From Octopus vulgaris (Eukaryota): a stretch of DNA of 64,000 nt. Shown here piece after piece: positions 19,374-42,429 of the stretch. Below the pieces are notes generated by a model, which ran no database searches, was not told the origin of the DNA, and saw only the letters and a list, made by a program, of their open reading frames with translations. The stretch spans positions 9,238,001 through 9,302,000 of the forward strand of contig OX597843.1 of NCBI GenBank assembly GCA_951406725.2, given 5' to 3'. Within the stretch, counting starts at the first letter, position 1. Each line of letters begins with the position of its first letter. The translations under genes were made by a program, and so were the position numbers.

Positions 19374-21699
19374 TTAATTGTTTGTCGTAGACCCGTTAAG
19401 AAGTGGCCTGTATTTTGCAATAAAGAGAGTTTCTTTACTTATTCGTTGTCTCGAGGTTGTATCGTCCCTAAATTGGTAGAGGGGGAAAATCCTGAAGCTT
19501 GGTGTTTTTTTGTTGGCGCAAGTATCTATGTGTTGGCTAAAAGCTATTTTTCTGTTTTGGGGAATTTTTATCTGGGATCTGTGCAGGGCCATTCGTTTAC
19601 GCAAACTATTTTTTGTTTGGCCTATGTACTGCTCTTGACACCCGGAGCAGGTTAGTGAGTATATTAGGTTCTCCGAAGCACATGTGAAGTTGCTTTTCAC
19701 TGTAAACCGTTGTCCCTGTTTGAAGGAGAACTCTGATCCCTCAATTAGATAGTCGCATATCCCGCAATTGGGTCTTCCACATTTTTTTACTGTCGGCTTC
19801 TGTGTTGAAGAGTGAATTCGGGCTTGTGTTAGGAGACTTTTCATGGATTTAGGCTGTCTCTTGCTTTTTATGATCGTGTGTGTTTGGAGGATTGTGTTCA
19901 TTCTGTGGTCTTTTTTTAGGAGGGGTATGTTGTGGAGGATGGTGCCGAAGGCTTCGTTATTGAGAGGGTTGTGTGTGGAGATGTATGGTAAGGCTTTTGG
20001 TTGTAAGTTTTTCTTTGATTTGGGATGTCTCAGTTCCTTGATGTTAAGTTGAAGGGCACGTTGAATGCACTTGTCAATAAGTGAAGGTGGATAGTTCCTG
20101 GTGATAAGGGTATCTTTTAGTTCTTGTAGTCGTGTGTCTCTGGTGTTTGCGTTCGAGACTATAGTGCATATCCTTTTTGCTAGGTTGGAGGGGATATTCA
20201 TCCTGGTGTGTCTGGGGTGGCATGAATTGAATGGAAGATATTGCTTAGAGTCTGTAGGCTTATAATATATGTCTGTTTCTATTATATTATTAGCTTTCTT
20301 AACGAGGATATCGAGGAAGGGGAGTTGTTGCTGGCTATATTCCATCGTGAATTGGATGTTTACGTCCAGTCCGTTTAAAATTTCCTGGAATTCTATGAGT
20401 TTTTCTATATTTTTATGCCAAAGGATGAAACAGTCATCTAGATATCTCTTCCAGTTGTTTTCTATGTAGATGGAGAAAGGGCTGCCATATCTTTCTAGAA
20501 CCTTACGATACAGACTGATCTCTAGATATCCTATGACTAGGTTGGCAAAGGAGGGGGGCCATTCGTGTACCCATCGCAGTCCCCGATTTTTGTCGGTAGA
20601 AGTTGTCATTGAAGGCGAAGAAGTTATTTTCCAGGATGAATTTAACCCCTTCTATCACGAATTCTTTTTTGATGCGATGTGGTAGTTCGTTGGCGTGATT
20701 TTCTAGCCAGAATTGGATTGCCTCTAGTCCTAGGTTGTGGGGGATATTGGAGTAGAGGTTGACTACATCGAAGGATACCAGTATGGTGTTTTTGTTTATA
20801 GTATTCGGTAGGTGATTGAGCATATCTAAGTCGTCCCTTATATAGCTTTTGACATGTTTTAGGAGTGGTTTTAACAGGGTGTCTAAAAAGTTACTGAGGC
20901 GGTGAGTTTCGCATGCGGGACCTGCTATTATGGGTCTCAATTTGAGGTCATTAGGATTAGGGACTTTAATTATTTTGTCTGTAGCTATCTTGCATTCGTT
21001 GCTTATTTTCTCACTTTTGTGGATCTTAGGTATACCGTAGAATTGGCTGGTTTTGCTTGTGAAATTGGTCATATAATCATATTCTTTGTCGGTGAGCCCT
21101 GCTTTGTATGGGTTTAATATGGATTTTAGTTCCCTCATTATTTTTTGTTGACTGTAGTTTTGTGCCTTTTCATAGTATGTTGTGTCTTCCAGCATAGAAA
21201 GTACCAAAGTTATGTAAAATGTCGTATCCATTAAGACAACAGCACTCCCTTTATCGGTCTCTTTGATTGTTATTGTTTTATCTAGTTTTAATTTGTTCAA
21301 CTCAGCCCATTCTTTTTTGCTGAAGTTTGGTTTGTGTTTTTGTTTGTGCATATGTTGATATGGGTAATTTGATATGTGGTCACAGAAATCATCAAGTGTT
21401 TTGTTCTTACCTTTCGAGGGGGTGTAGTTACTCCTATTTCTGGCTAACGATTCGTCCTCGTTGTATTTATCGTATAGCTCCTCAGTAAGTCTTAATTTTC
21501 TGCAAAGTTCTGCGATGTCTTCTTTCATTTCATTGTAGTTGGGGTGTTGTGGGGTGGGTGTAAACTTGAGTCCTTTGGAAAGTATGTTTATTTGGTTTGC
21601 TGTTAGTTCCTTGTGAGTTAGATTAATAATTTTTATTACTTTTGGTTCCTCCTGCTTGTTTGGTGCTATCTTGTGTCTCTGTGTTTGCGTATTGGGTCT
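19374..21699 (-). pseudogene. Penelope RT + GIY-YIG endonuclease, one +1 frameshift
   Basis: DKG, FYGIPKIHK, LRPII, SFDVVNLY, GTAMG, RYLDD, CGRPNCGIC and NLIYSLTCSGCQEQYIGQT motifs. Extra G in the run at ~20553-20558. Confidence 0.92.
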
Positions 21700-22553
21700 A
21701 AAAAATGAATGCGGTGGTTGGGACGGTAGCTAGTATATAGTTGTTCTTTGTTGATGTGGGGTCTCCTGTTGTGATTTATGGTGTGTGTTCTTGGAGCAGT
21801 ATTGAGAAGAGCATCCCGATATCCCATATTCGGGTATGGTGTTCTAGGAGGCCTTCGTTGGTAATCATTGCAAGTGGTGTGGGTTTGTTGTGCATGGTTG
21901 TTTAACCGGTTGATGGGACGAAGATTTCGTTGGTAACTCCTTTTGGGTGGGGATAAGGTTGCAGTGTCTATGCTGTGGGTGTTGATTTATCCTTTCTCTG
22001 CTTGAAGTGGGAGTACTCCTGATATTGTATCGCTGGCTGCTTACAGAGTTAGGGTTAGGTCCTGTATTCTTTTTTTGATAGTAGTGAAGGTTCCGATTTT
22101 TAGACAGGTGTGTATCGGTGTTTGGGTGTTGTTTTGGTTTTCTTATTTTCTGGAAAGGGTTGTTGGAGGCGTGCTCTGTTTGAAAGACGGCTTCATAGTC
22201 TGAGAACCAAGTGGCGCTTTTCTCCCAGCGTTGGAGAGATTTTAGTTCTTCTTTTTCACAGTCCTCTTTCCATAGTTTGGAGAACTTCTCTTGATCTGGG
22301 CCTTGGGTCATTTTGCGAATTTCTTCGTTGATATCTTCATCGGTGGATTTTATTTTATCCTCATTCGTTTGGGCCCTCAATTTCAGAAGTTCTATTTCCA
22401 TTTTCATTTTTTCCAGTGCCATTCTCTCCCTGAGGTGTCTTTGTGTTTCAGGTTCTTCTGTAATAGCTTTGAACTGGAATATTTTCATATATATCAACTC
22501 GTGTGTTCCTTTTCACCCTTATACATATCATTAACCCACACGAGATACAGAAA

Positions 22554-23591
22554 ATGCCGACAAAAACAGACACAATCACCTCCATAAATGAAGAAATGCT
22601 GAAAGAACTCAAGAAAATCAACACAAATTTGTCAACATTTTTGAACAAATTCGACTCGACACATCAACCCAATCGAGAGAACAATGAGGAAACAGATACG
22701 AAAAATACAACCTCCGAAATTGTCGAAAACCTTGGAAACTTATGCGAAACAATTAGAACATTTTTCTCTAACAACGCTAACCAAGGACCTCCAAACGCGT
22801 CAATATATGGGATCAATACTCTAACAACATACCAAATGAAACACCACATAATACCACAATGGAACAAATCACTCAGAGATAGAAAGTTCGCCTTTTGGAA
22901 GATGATCCAAAACAACAACAAAGCGGATATATACGAAAAATGGCTCAACCGGACCCCGTTAATCCTCCCACGTAAATTCCAGTTCAAAGCTATTACAGAA
23001 GAACCTGAAACACAAAGACACCTCAGGGAGAGAATGGCACTGGAAAAAATGAAAATGGAAATAGAACTTCTGAAATTGAGGGCCCAAACGAATGAGGATA
23101 AAATAAAATCCACCGATGAAGATATCAACGAAGAAATTCGCAAAATGACCCAAGGCCCAGATCAAGAGAAGTTCTCCAAACTATGGAAAGAGGACTGTGA
23201 AAAAGAAGAACTAAAATCTCTCCAACGCTGGGAGAAAAGCGCCACTTGGTTCTCAGACTATGAAGCCGTCTTTCAAACAGAGCACGCCTCCAACAACCCT
23301 TTCCAGAAAATAAGAAAACCAAAACAACACCCAAACACCGATACACACCTGTCTAAAAATCGGAACCTTCACTACTATCATAAAAAGAATACAGGACCTA
23401 ACCCTAACTCTGTAAGCAGCCAGCGATACAATATCAAGAGTACCCCCACTTCAAGCAGAGAAAGGATAAATCAACACCCACAGCATAGACACTGCAACCT
23501 TATCCCCACCCAAAAGGAGTTACCAACGAAATCTTCGTCCCATCAACCGGTTAAACAACCATGCACAACAAACCCACACCACTTGCAATGA
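22554..23591 (+). CDS. Penelope upstream ORF1, probable coiled-coil protein
   Basis: Long open frame from MPTKT with E/K-rich heptad-like stretches (ERMALEKMKMEIELLKLRAQ). Probably continued originally in another frame to ~23787. Confidence 0.7.
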   Translation: MPTKTDTITSINEEMLKELKKINTNLSTFLNKFDSTHQPNRENNEETDTKNTTSEIVENLGNLCETIRTFFSNNANQGPPNASIYGINTLTTYQMKHHIIPQWNKSLRDRKFAFWKMIQNNNKADIYEKWLNRTPLILPRKFQFKAITEEPETQRHLRERMALEKMKMEIELLKLRAQTNEDKIKSTDEDINEEIRKMTQGPDQEKFSKLWKEDCEKEELKSLQRWEKSATWFSDYEAVFQTEHASNNPFQKIRKPKQHPNTDTHLSKNRNLHYYHKKNTGPNPNSVSSQRYNIKSTPTSSRERINQHPQHRHCNLIPTQKELPTKSSSHQPVKQPCTTNPHHLQ

Positions 23592-23756
23592 TTACCAACG
23601 AAGGCCTCCTAGAACACCATACCCGAATATGGGATATCGGGATGCTCTTCTCAATACTGCTCCAAGAACACACACCATAAATCACAACAGGAGACCCCAC
23701 ATCAACAAAGAACAACTATATACTAGCTACCGTCCCAACCACCGCATTCATTTTTT

Positions 23757-26084
23757 AGACCCAATACGCAAACACAGAGACACAAGATAGCACCAAACAA
23801 GCAGGAGGAACCAAAAGTAATAAAAATTATTAATCTAACTCACAAGGAACTAACAGCAAACCAAATAAACATACTTTCCAAAGGACTCAAGTTTACACCC
23901 ACCCCACAACACCCCAATTACAATGAAATGAAAGAAGACATCGCAGAACTTTGCAGAAAATTAAGACTTACTGAGGAGCTATACGATAAATACAACGAGG
24001 ACGAATCGTTAGCCAGAAATAGGAGTAACTACACCCTCTCGAAAGGTAAGAACAAAACACTTGATGATTTCTGTGACCACATATCAAATTACCCATATCA
24101 ACATATGCACAAACAAAAACACAAACCAAACTTCAGCAAAAAAGAATGGGCTGAGTTGAACAAATTAAAACTAGATAAAACAATAACAATCAAAGAGACC
24201 GATAAAGGGAGTGCTGTTGTCTTAATGGATACGACATTTTACATAACTTTGGTACTTTCTATGCTGGAAGACACAACATACTATGAAAAGGCACAAAACT
24301 ACAGTCAACAAAAAATAATGAGGGAACTAAAATCCATATTAAACCCATACAAAGCAGGGCTCACCGACAAAGAATATGATTATATGACCAATTTCACAAG
24401 CAAAACCAGCCAATTCTACGGTATACCTAAGATCCACAAAAGTGAGAAAATAAGCAACGAATGCAAGATAGCTACAGACAAAATAATTAAAGTCCCTAAT
24501 CCTAATGACCTCAAATTGAGACCCATAATAGCAGGTCCCGCATGCGAAACTCACCGCCTCAGTAACTTTTTAGACACCCTGTTAAAACCACTCCTAAAAC
24601 ATGTCAAAAGCTATATAAGGGACGACTTAGATATGCTCAATCACCTACCGAATACTATAAACAAAAACACCATACTGGTATCCTTCGATGTAGTCAACCT
24701 CTACTCCAATATCCCCCACAACCTAGGACTAGAGGCAATCCAATTCTGGCTAGAAAATCACGCCAACGAACTACCACATCGCATCAAAAAAGAATTCGTG
24801 ATAGAAGGGGTTAAATTCATCCTGGAAAATAACTTCTTCGCCTTCAATGACAACTTCTACCGACAAAAATCGGGGACTGCGATGGGTACACGAATGGCCC
24901 CCCTCCTTTGCCAACCTAGTCATAGGATATCTAGAGATCAGTCTGTATCGTAAGGTTCTAGAAAGATATGGCAGCCCTTTCTCCATCTACATAGAAAACA
25001 ACTGGAAGAGATATCTAGATGACTGTTTCATCCTTTGGCATAAAAATATAGAAAAACTCATAGAATTCCAGGAAATTTTAAACGGACTGGACGTAAACAT
25101 CCAATTCACGATGGAATATAGCCAGCAACAACTCCCCTTCCTCGATATCCTCGTTAAGAAAGCTAATAATATAATAGAAACAGACATATATTATAAGCCT
25201 ACAGACTCTAAGCAATATCTTCCATTCAATTCATGCCACCCCAGACACACCAGGATGAATATCCCCTTCAACCTAGCAAAAAGGATATGCACTATAGTCT
25301 CGAACGCAAACACCAGAGACACACGACTACAAGAACTAAAAGATACCCTTATCACCAGGAACTATCCACCTTCACTTATTGACAAGTGCATTCAACGTGC
25401 CCTTCAACTTAACATCAAGGAACTGAGACATCCCAAATCAAAGAAAAACTTACAACCAAAAGCCTTACCATACATCTCCACACACAACCCTCTCAATAAC
25501 GAAGCCTTCGGCACCATCCTCCACAACATACCCCTCCTAAAAAAAGACCACAGAATGAACACAATCCTCCAAACACACACGATCATAAAAAGCAAGAGAC
25601 AGCCTAAATCCATGAAAAGTCTCCTAACACAAGCCCGAATTCACTCTTCAACACAGAAGCCGACAGTAAAAAAATGTGGAAGACCCAATTGCGGGATATG
25701 CGACTATCTAATTGAGGGATCAGAGTTCTCCTTCAAACAGGGACAACGGTTTACAGTGAAAAGCAACTTCACATGTGCTTCGGAGAACCTAATATACTCA
25801 CTAACCTGCTCCGGGTGTCAAGAGCAGTACATAGGCCAAACAAAAAATAGTTTGCGTAAACGAATGGCCCTGCACAGATCCCAGATAAAAATTCCCCAAA
25901 ACAGAAAAATAGCTTTTAGCCAACACATAGATACTTGCGCCAACAAAAAAACACCAAGCTTCAGGAATTTTCCCCCTCTACCAATTTAGGGACGATACAA
26001 CCTCGAGACAACGAATAAGTAAAGAAAATCTCTTTTATTGCAAAATACAGGCCACTTCTTAACGGGTCTACGACAAACAATTAA
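23757..26084 (+). pseudogene. Penelope RT + GIY-YIG endonuclease, frameshifted
   Basis: Starts with the typical IINLT..LT....ILSKGLKFTPTP region. Same motifs as the minus arm, the shared C6 frameshift at 24898-24903, and extra indels near 25970 and 26035. Confidence 0.92.
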
Positions 26085-26903
26085 TATACCTCAACTTTAG
26101 AATAAAAGAAATATTCACACACAAATATTACATTCCAAAGAATCCATTACTAATCACAGCTAAAATCACAGCTATAATCCATAACATACCAACTTCAAGT
26201 CATACAACACCTCACTACTTTAACCCATTCATATTCTCCCTTCTCTGTTTTTTTCTTCTTCTTCTTCCTCTTCTTCTTCATCATCATCATTATCATCATC
26301 ATCGTCGTCATAATCATCACCACCATCACCATCACCATCATCTTCTCCTTCTCCTTCTTCTTCTTCTTCTTCTTCTTCTTCTTCTTCTTCATCATCATCA
26401 TCATCAACATCGTCATCTTCTTCTTCTTCTCCTTCTTCTTCTTCTTCTTCTTCTTCTTCTTCTTCTTCTTCTTCTTCTTCTTCTTCTTCTTCTTCTTCTT
26501 CTTCTCTTCTTCTTCTTCTTCTTCTTCTTCTTCTTCTTCTTCTACTTCTCCACCTCCTACCCCTTAACTTTGTCACTAATGTCTTTTAGTATAACACCTA
26601 CGCAAATTCTATAAACAAGCCTGTCAATATAAATATTCTCCTGAATTGAACTGAGACTGCCAGCCGCCACTGACCATTCAAAATACGACCATCAGGGCAC
26701 TCCCAGATTCTCCCACCCCCTTTCCTCACCAGTCTTCTTCCTCTACTACCCTACCAAGAACTCACAACGACCTCCAACACACAGGTGCAAACAAGGGAGT
26801 CAGAGAAAGGCAGAATGCCACTTAAATCTGAACACTACTATAGAAATATTCTTTTAAAAAAACTTTTCTTCTAATTTTTCTAAATTTAATTATTTAATCG
26901 TTA

Positions 26904-26941
26904 CAGTTGAAAAGGTCTCAAAATGACCGAAACCGGTACTG
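26904..26941 (+). ncRNA. Minimal type I hammerhead ribozyme, U3-A8 core variant
   Basis: cag TTGAAAA ggtc-tcaaaat-gacc GAAA ccgg TA ctg. Stem I 3 bp, stem II 4 bp, palindromic accggt stem III. Predicted cleavage after A26938. Confidence 0.75.
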
Positions 26942-27020
26942 AAATGTTCACTATAAAATTATTTTAGCATTTTCTATTTTTGACTTGTTTTTTCATATAT
27001 ATCAACTCGTGTGTTCCTTT

Positions 27021-27131
<111 letters not shown>

Positions 27132-27144
27132 ATATGAGTATACA

Positions 27145-27307
27145 TGACGGGCTACTTTCTTTACCCGTCTACTCATTCCACTTAGAAGGTTTGGCTAGCC
27201 CAGGGTTATAGTAGAAGATACTTGCTCAAGATTCCAGGCAGTAGGGCTCAACCTAGAACAGTGTTCTTGAGAAGTAAATTTCTTAACTCATAAACTACGC
27301 CTGCTCC
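27145..27307 (-). mobile_element. SINE family A, diverged 5' half
   Basis: Degenerate reverse complement of the family A head. Confidence 0.65.
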
Positions 27308-27481
27308 TAAAACTTTGACGCCAAACTTCGGAAGCTAAATCCGAATCGGAATCAAAAAGGATTTAACAGAACAAAAGCGTGCGGCACACTGTTTTTCTTT
27401 ATTTGGCACACAGAGGACAGTTGACTTGCTTTCACACAGGGATGTCAGGATTTCTCCACAACTAAAGTACTAAGTGGTTGG

Positions 27482-27895
27482 AAGGCGGCGAGCTGGCAGA
27501 AATGTTAGCGCGACGGACGAAATGAGGAGCCGTATTTCGTCTGCCGTTACGTTCTGAGTTCAAATTCCACCGAGGTCGACTTTGCCTTTCATCCTTTCTG
27601 GGTCGATAAATTAAGTACCAGTTACGCACTGGGGTCGATGTAATCGACTTCATCCGTTTGTCTATCCTTGTTTGTCCCCTCTATGTTTAGCCCCTTGTGG
27701 ATAGTAAAGAAATAGGTATTCCGTCTGTCTTTACGGTCTGAGTTCAAATTTCGCCGTGGTCGACTTTGCCTTTCATCCTTTTGGGGTCAGTAAATTAAGT
27801 ACCAGTTGCGTACTGTGGTCGATCTAATCGAGTGGCCCCCTTCCCCGAAATTTCGGGCCTTGTGCCTAGAGTAGAAAAGTATATAAGTTGTTGGG
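27482..27895 (+). mobile_element. SINE family B, composite with internal duplication
   Basis: Head aggcggcgagctggcagaa. The gagttcaaatt...taagtaccagtt core occurs twice. Confidence 0.85.
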
Positions 27896-27897
27896 AG

Positions 27898-27955
<58 letters not shown>

Positions 27956-27959
<4 letters not shown>

Positions 27960-28161
27960 GGAGTAAAGTCGCAAAGCAGTGTTTTTCGTATAATCACAAT
28001 TTAGGTTAGTTGAAATATGTTTGTCCCATATTTCAACTGCTAGAGGCAAATACACTGCAGTTACCGCGAAGGAAAAATTTGTTCACGTGTCTGTGGAGTG
28101 CTCAACCACATACACGTTAATCAACTGGAGCCCTCGTCGTCGTAACCGACGGAGAGCCGCG
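27956..28161 (+). mobile_element. SINE/LINE 3' tail fragment between (TA)n runs
   Basis: Perfect 12 bp hairpin at 28008-28038 and a terminal ctcgtcgtcgtaaccgacggag stem-loop resembling RTE-type tails (recalled, not verified). Confidence 0.45.
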
Positions 28162-28371
<210 letters not shown>

Positions 28372-28658
28372 ACATATATATAAAAGGCGGCGAGCTGGCA
28401 GACACGTTACCATCAACTGTAAGGTGTTGTCATGGCTGCAACGTATGTGTGTTTGTGTATCTGACCATATAATCGATCCTTTCCATATAATCATTTACAT
28501 ATATCTAGGAATATCTGAAAAGAATATTTTACTAAATACTACAGGTATCACATTGATACTGAACAGTTCTGGATGTGAAAAACCCCCAAGGCGAACCGAA
28601 AAGAATAGGAGACAAAGAAATAAGCCCAAGCGCACTGTGCGATATTCCGACAGGTAAA

Positions 28659-28744
<86 letters not shown>

Positions 28745-28979
28745 TTTATTAATCCTTACAATTGTTTCGACCAATGTGACGTCGATCCCTCACGAATGGT
28801 GTAATTGTCGACATCTTTACGTTAGAGCTAGTATCAGATTTTGTGTTATAAAGTTCATTATAAAAATTTGTGTGGGTAGATTTCTTAAGCCTGAGTGTAG
28901 AACCATCAATGGCTGCTATGGTCGAACCTAAATTCGGAGTAGTCGAGTACGACACTTTCAGAGAGAATTTGTTAAAAAT

Positions 28980-38600
<9,621 letters not shown>

Positions 38601-38605
38601 CTATG

Positions 38606-39493
38606 TAGACGACTGTGAACAGGCGTGGTCGCCGTTTGTGAGGCAAGCTTTCTCGCAACTCGTCTCCATGACAGAACTGCAGTCGTGGATCAAAAAGAGG
38701 CCGAGGAAGGGCGAATGGCACCGCGAGTGTTGCGTTGCTCTCAAGCAACTATGCCATCCCGGGTCGACCTTCAGTGACTACAACACAACCCAAGTATTCT
38801 ATAGGGGATTAGTGGAGGGGAGGTACGACGACGATCTTCGGACGAACCTGGGCGTCGACGAGGAGTACCTGACCCGCCTGTTTGAGACGACTTTCGGGCC
38901 GGGACCTATGGACGACTTCCAGAGATCCCTGGCCTGGCAGTACTACTGAGAAGCGCTACCCGTTCGGGGCAAGCTCTATAGGCATGGTTCGAGATACACG
39001 GGGCCGACCTGCCTGAGATACGGGTACAGCGACGAAACCGTTCTGCACGCAATCGTGCAGTGTCCAACAATCTCCGACCTGTGGGCTTATGTCGAACGAC
39101 TGCTGTCACCTGTGGGACGAGTCGGTTTATAAACCGAGTCTATCGTTAATATCGTCACGCCTCTTTCCTTCAGACGGGAAGGAAGAGCTATTTTTATCAC
39201 ACTTGTGGCAATGGCGAAAGAACCTATCTGGCGGACGCGCCTGAAAGGATTAGAGACAAACACTTTCCTCTCTAGTGAATCTCTCTTCAACTTCTTCAAA
39301 TATCACTTGAAGAGGAAAGTGAGAGTAGAGAGGCAAGTTTTGTCTAGCGAATGTTTTAAAAAAAAGAAGGGTGAATGTAGCAAGGATGGCACGTATGAAT
39401 GACGAAGCCACCTTGACTATGATCCTATGAACCGTAAAAATTAATACAGAGAATTGCTTATTTGTCTTGATGTTTTGCGTTCCTGTACCATTT

Positions 39494-39495
<2 letters not shown>
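38606..39495 (+). mobile_element. Tx1/L1-clade LINE 3' fragment (paralog of 7482-8140)
   Basis: Same stops (tactactga, ggtttataa) as copy 1, and ~105 bp longer at the 5' end. Follows (TATC)n. Confidence 0.8.
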
Positions 39496-39553
<58 letters not shown>

Positions 39554-40054
39554 AATATATACATACATACATATACATACATACATACATGTATATATAT
39601 ATATATATACATACACATACATACATATATATATATATATATGTATGTATAAAAAGTGAATCAAGAACAGCATCTCAAGAAAAAGTCCATAGCAAAAGCT
39701 CCAGCTGAGGCGGAAGAACCGGCAGCAGCAACAAAAGGGGCAATATTAGAAACAGCAGCAGTAACGACAACCCCAACAGTACCACCACCACTGTCATCAC
39801 CAAAACTGACAAGAATATCAACAGAGTGGACTACGCAGGTCTTTCCTCAAACTTAGCTCTCCAACTCCACCTTCCCCTTTCTCAAACACACACTCACGCA
39901 GAGCTTACCAAACACAAACACAAGCACACACTTCTTATTATCGGGGACGGACTACATAGACTGTGATTGCTACACACCTCGAATTAAAGTCGAGGACGAA
40001 CCACAAAACCCTAACAAATTAAAAAGAAAGCGCAGATGTAAAACATACACCCTC

Positions 40055-40630
40055 AGGAATGGCTGTGTGGTAAGTAGCTTGTTTACCAACCACATGGTTT
40101 CGGGTTCAGTTCCACTGCGTGGCACCTTGGGCAAGTGTCTTCTACTATAGCCTCGGGCCGACCAAAGCCTTGTGAGTGGATTTGGTAGACGGAAACTGAA
40201 GAAGCCTGTCGTATATATGTATATATATATCAGGAGTGGCTGTGTGGTAAGTAGCTTGCTAACCAACCACATGGTTCCGGGTTCAGTCCACTGCGTGGCA
40301 TCTTGGGCAAGTGTCTTCTGCTATAGCCCCGGGCCGACCAATGCCTTGTGAGTGGATTTGGTAGACGGAAACTGAAAGAAGCCTGTCGTATATATGTATA
40401 TATATATGTGTGTGTGTGTTTGTGTGTCTGTGTTTGTCCCCCTAGCATTGCTTGACAACCGATGCTGGTGTGTTTACGTCCCCGTTACTTAGCGGTTCGG
40501 CAAAAGAGACCGATAGAATAAGTACTGGGCTTACAAAAGAATAAGACCCGGGGTCGAGTTGCTCGATTAAAGGCGGTGCTCCAGCATGGCCGCAGTCAAA
40601 TGACTGAAACAAGTAAAAGAGAAAGAGAAA
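40055..40630 (+). mobile_element. Two SINE family A copies (head 40055-40211 plus full copy 40231-40630)
   Basis: Head sequence repeated in tandem; the copy-1 locus has only one. Confidence 0.85.
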
Positions 40631-41197
40631 GATCAACAGAAACAGAAAATGCGCGTATCTTTGCAATTTTGGCTGGTTATACTGGTTATACTCGAGATTG
40701 CTCCAATCTGGCCAGCACCAAGGAAAAACTAATCTAAGAGCATTAGATTCCTTGGAATCAAGCAGCGAATGTATATAAAAACAAGGACGGAAAAAAACGG
40801 ACAAGGTTACAGAAATAGAGTTGCACAAACAACACCAACTCAACCAGCCCCACAACCCGAAAGGGACAAAGGGCAAAGTAGTTGACCCTGCGGAATATGG
40901 ACACAGGACGTAAAGATGGGTGAAATGCCGCTAAGCATTATGTATATCATGCTAACGATTCTATCAGCTGCAGAATACGGATATTAACAACGTTGAAAAG
41001 GTGATTTTTATGAGTCAAAATTTCTTGGAATTTTATGAATACCTGCGTGAATCAGTGCAGGTATACAAGTGTATACATGTATTTGAAAGCACTCACGTAA
41101 TGTGTGTATATGTCCCTTTATTACAGGCGTGTCTAGTTATTCAACAAATACATATAACAAAACCATATATAGAGATAGATTAATGGATAAATTTATA

Positions 41198-41225
41198 ATG
41201 CCGTTCTGAACATTTTGTCCGCAAA

Positions 41226-41229
<4 letters not shown>
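41198..41229. mobile_element. Isolated terminal remnant of the same Tc1 family
   Basis: aatgccgttctgaacattttgtccgcaaatg matches the TIR end at 16291-16321 and is followed by (TA)n. Confidence 0.7.
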
Positions 41230-41305
<76 letters not shown>

Positions 41306-41499
41306 TATACATATACATACATACATACATACATACATACATACATACATACATACATACATACATAAACACACGTTTTGGCTAAAACGTCCGTGCCAAC
41401 TGTTCACTCAGTCGTCATTTGAGGGATAAGTAGCTGCTATTTCTAAATACCCAGCTGATAGAATAGAAAATTGATTTTCTATTTCTTTGATTCTTTTTA

Positions 41500-41700
41500 A
41501 TTGTTTCAAACTTTTGACTGTAGCCGTGCTGGAGCACCGCCATAAATGGCTTTAATCGAAGCAGTCGACCCGAGGGCCTTTCTAAACCTAGTTCTTATTC
41601 TATCGGCCTCTTTTTCCGAAACGCTAATGTTATAGGGACGTTAACACACCAACGCCTGTCTTAAGTGGTGATGGTGGGACAAAAACAGACATAACGATAC
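41500..41700 (-). mobile_element. SINE family A, diverged 3' half
   Basis: gccgtgctggagcaccgcc...ttattctatcgg is the reverse complement of the family A tail. Confidence 0.7.
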
Positions 41701-41738
41701 GCACACACATAAACATATATAGAAGCACTTCGTATATG

Positions 41739-41778
<40 letters not shown>

Positions 41779-42167
41779 TAAAATAATATATAGATATATG
41801 CATATGTACGTACATATATGTATATACCTACATATATTTTTCGCTTGTCCTTACCTTCCAAACGCGGAGTAGATGAAACAGAGACAACTGAAGAAGGGGA
41901 ATGTTCCTTGTGTTGTATGTCTCGTTTCTCTGTTGTGTTTTCGTTGTTTGAAAAAAGTTTGTTTCTATGTTTTTGTTTTTGTTTTCGTTTCTCTTTATGT
42001 TCAACGTTTTCTTGTTTTGATGTCCTGTACCCATATGTGCTTGTGTATATACATATATATGTAGGTATGTACATATGTGTATGTATATATGCATATATTT
42101 CTATATTATTTATATTATTATATGATCGAACGCCACGCATTCTTTTCCAAGTAAGTTTTATCTACCA

Positions 42168-42300
<133 letters not shown>

Positions 42301-42302
42301 CT

Positions 42303-42429
<127 letters not shown>

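Larger units (their letters stand above)
18508..22480 (-). mobile_element. Penelope-like retroelement, inverted 5'-truncated arm
   Basis: Reverse complement of ~22976-26996 with few substitutions. Its 3' end merges with (TA)n. Confidence 0.95.

Noticed and set aside
25670-25940. Selenocysteine recoding as reported for some Naiad PLEs
   Set aside because: All endonuclease-region cysteines are TGT/TGC and there is no in-frame TGA.
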